A stretch of DNA of 64,000 nt from Podarcis cretensis (lineage: Eukaryota): NCBI GenBank assembly GCA_951804945.1, contig OX638152.1, positions 59,892,001 to 59,956,000 on the forward strand, in the 5' to 3' direction. Position 1 is the first letter of the stretch. The number at the start of each line of letters is the position of its first letter. Below, piece by piece: positions 63,278 to 64,000 of the stretch. The translations under genes and the position numbers were made by a program. Below the pieces are notes generated by a model that saw only the letters and a program-made list of their open reading frames with translations, did not search any database and was not told the origin of the DNA.

Positions 63278-64000
63278 TATTGATTTCAGCAAAACGAAAG
63301 AATGAGACTACTGTAGACTAAGCTGTCTGAAGGTGGTAAAGGAAGGCTGATTGCATAAAGTTTTAAAAAATTAATAAACATATTAAAACCAATGTGGTAG
63401 ACGAGATGTTTAAAAGTGCATTTTTCTTTGATGTGGTGATGTCTATAGTTACTATGCCTGCAAAGCACGGAAAGTTTTCAGAGCATCACAACAATAGTTT
63501 GCCACGTCTATTCACTTTTTTCTCCTTGCAACAGCAACTAGTAAAGACAGCTGAGCAGAAAGCCTTTAGCGTTAGGTTTTTGGTACTTCAGGGCATTTTG
63601 AACCTAAGCACCTGACATTCATCATGCCAATTGGCATAAGTACCTGATATGGTCAGAAAGTTTTCAGGTTCACCTTTGCCATGGAGAGTTGCTTTTATTC
63701 AGTTGGTCAGCGTCTTACATCTAATGTTACCACATTTATAGTCAGTCTTGAGAGCCTTAAATCTGGATAACATATTGATCTTTAGTAGCATAGCTGGGAG
63801 CTTAATAAAACATTGCAGTTTTTGGAGTATTCCTATTCAGGATTCCAGCCAGCCATGTCTCTCCCAAAGGTCTCCATTCTGCCTGTTCCCCAATTTTCTG
63901 CCCCTCGCCAGACATTCATTGTTTTGTGGCCATTGAGCAAGCTCTGTCCTTGTTGGGCTGTTTTGGGTGGTTTTTCATTCCCTTCCTCCCCTAAATATTT

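Noticed and set aside
59756-64000. BCOR exon 7 and downstream exons
   Set aside because: No frame matching the expected peptide (e.g. DRKRK..GDS, KAKRRR) was found; presumably beyond the window.
1-64000. CRISPR-like arrays, prokaryotic/viral inserts, intact transposase or RT genes, convincing CTCF sites
   Set aside because: No regularly spaced repeat-spacer array or foreign coding block was seen. All transposons are truncated or non-autonomous. CTCF-like words (e.g. ~4151, ~11510) match only partially.

Overview
Vertebrate genomic DNA from a squamate reptile, most likely a lacertid lizard judging by its Sauria-SINE subtype. It covers the 5' half of the BCOR (BCL6 corepressor, PRC1.1 subunit) locus on the + strand. 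Coding exons are readable at 52248-52333 (ATG exon), 53991-54069, 55651-58455 (2.8-kb exon 4 with the BCL6-binding and PLDLS motifs) and 59572-59755. The small exon 5 is not visible and most likely lies in the 148-N gap at 59042-59189. The gene continues beyond the window. Upstream is ~50 kb of non-coding sequence with several large CpG islands. A probable non-coding first exon/TSS lies near 13483 and carries a strong-Kozak uORF that appears to be shared with human. The rest is SINEs, LINE fragments, Tc1/mariner- and hAT-type MITEs and microsatellites. Nearly all ORF-track entries are spurious. I found no convincing evidence of a wholly new biological system. The best leads are the 5'UTR uORF, a perfect TALE-motif palindrome abutting an octamer, a young hAT MITE with telomere-like repeats, and the gap-hidden exon. 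Comparisons with human BCOR are from memory and need alignment to confirm. CpG-island and old-repeat boundaries are approximate.
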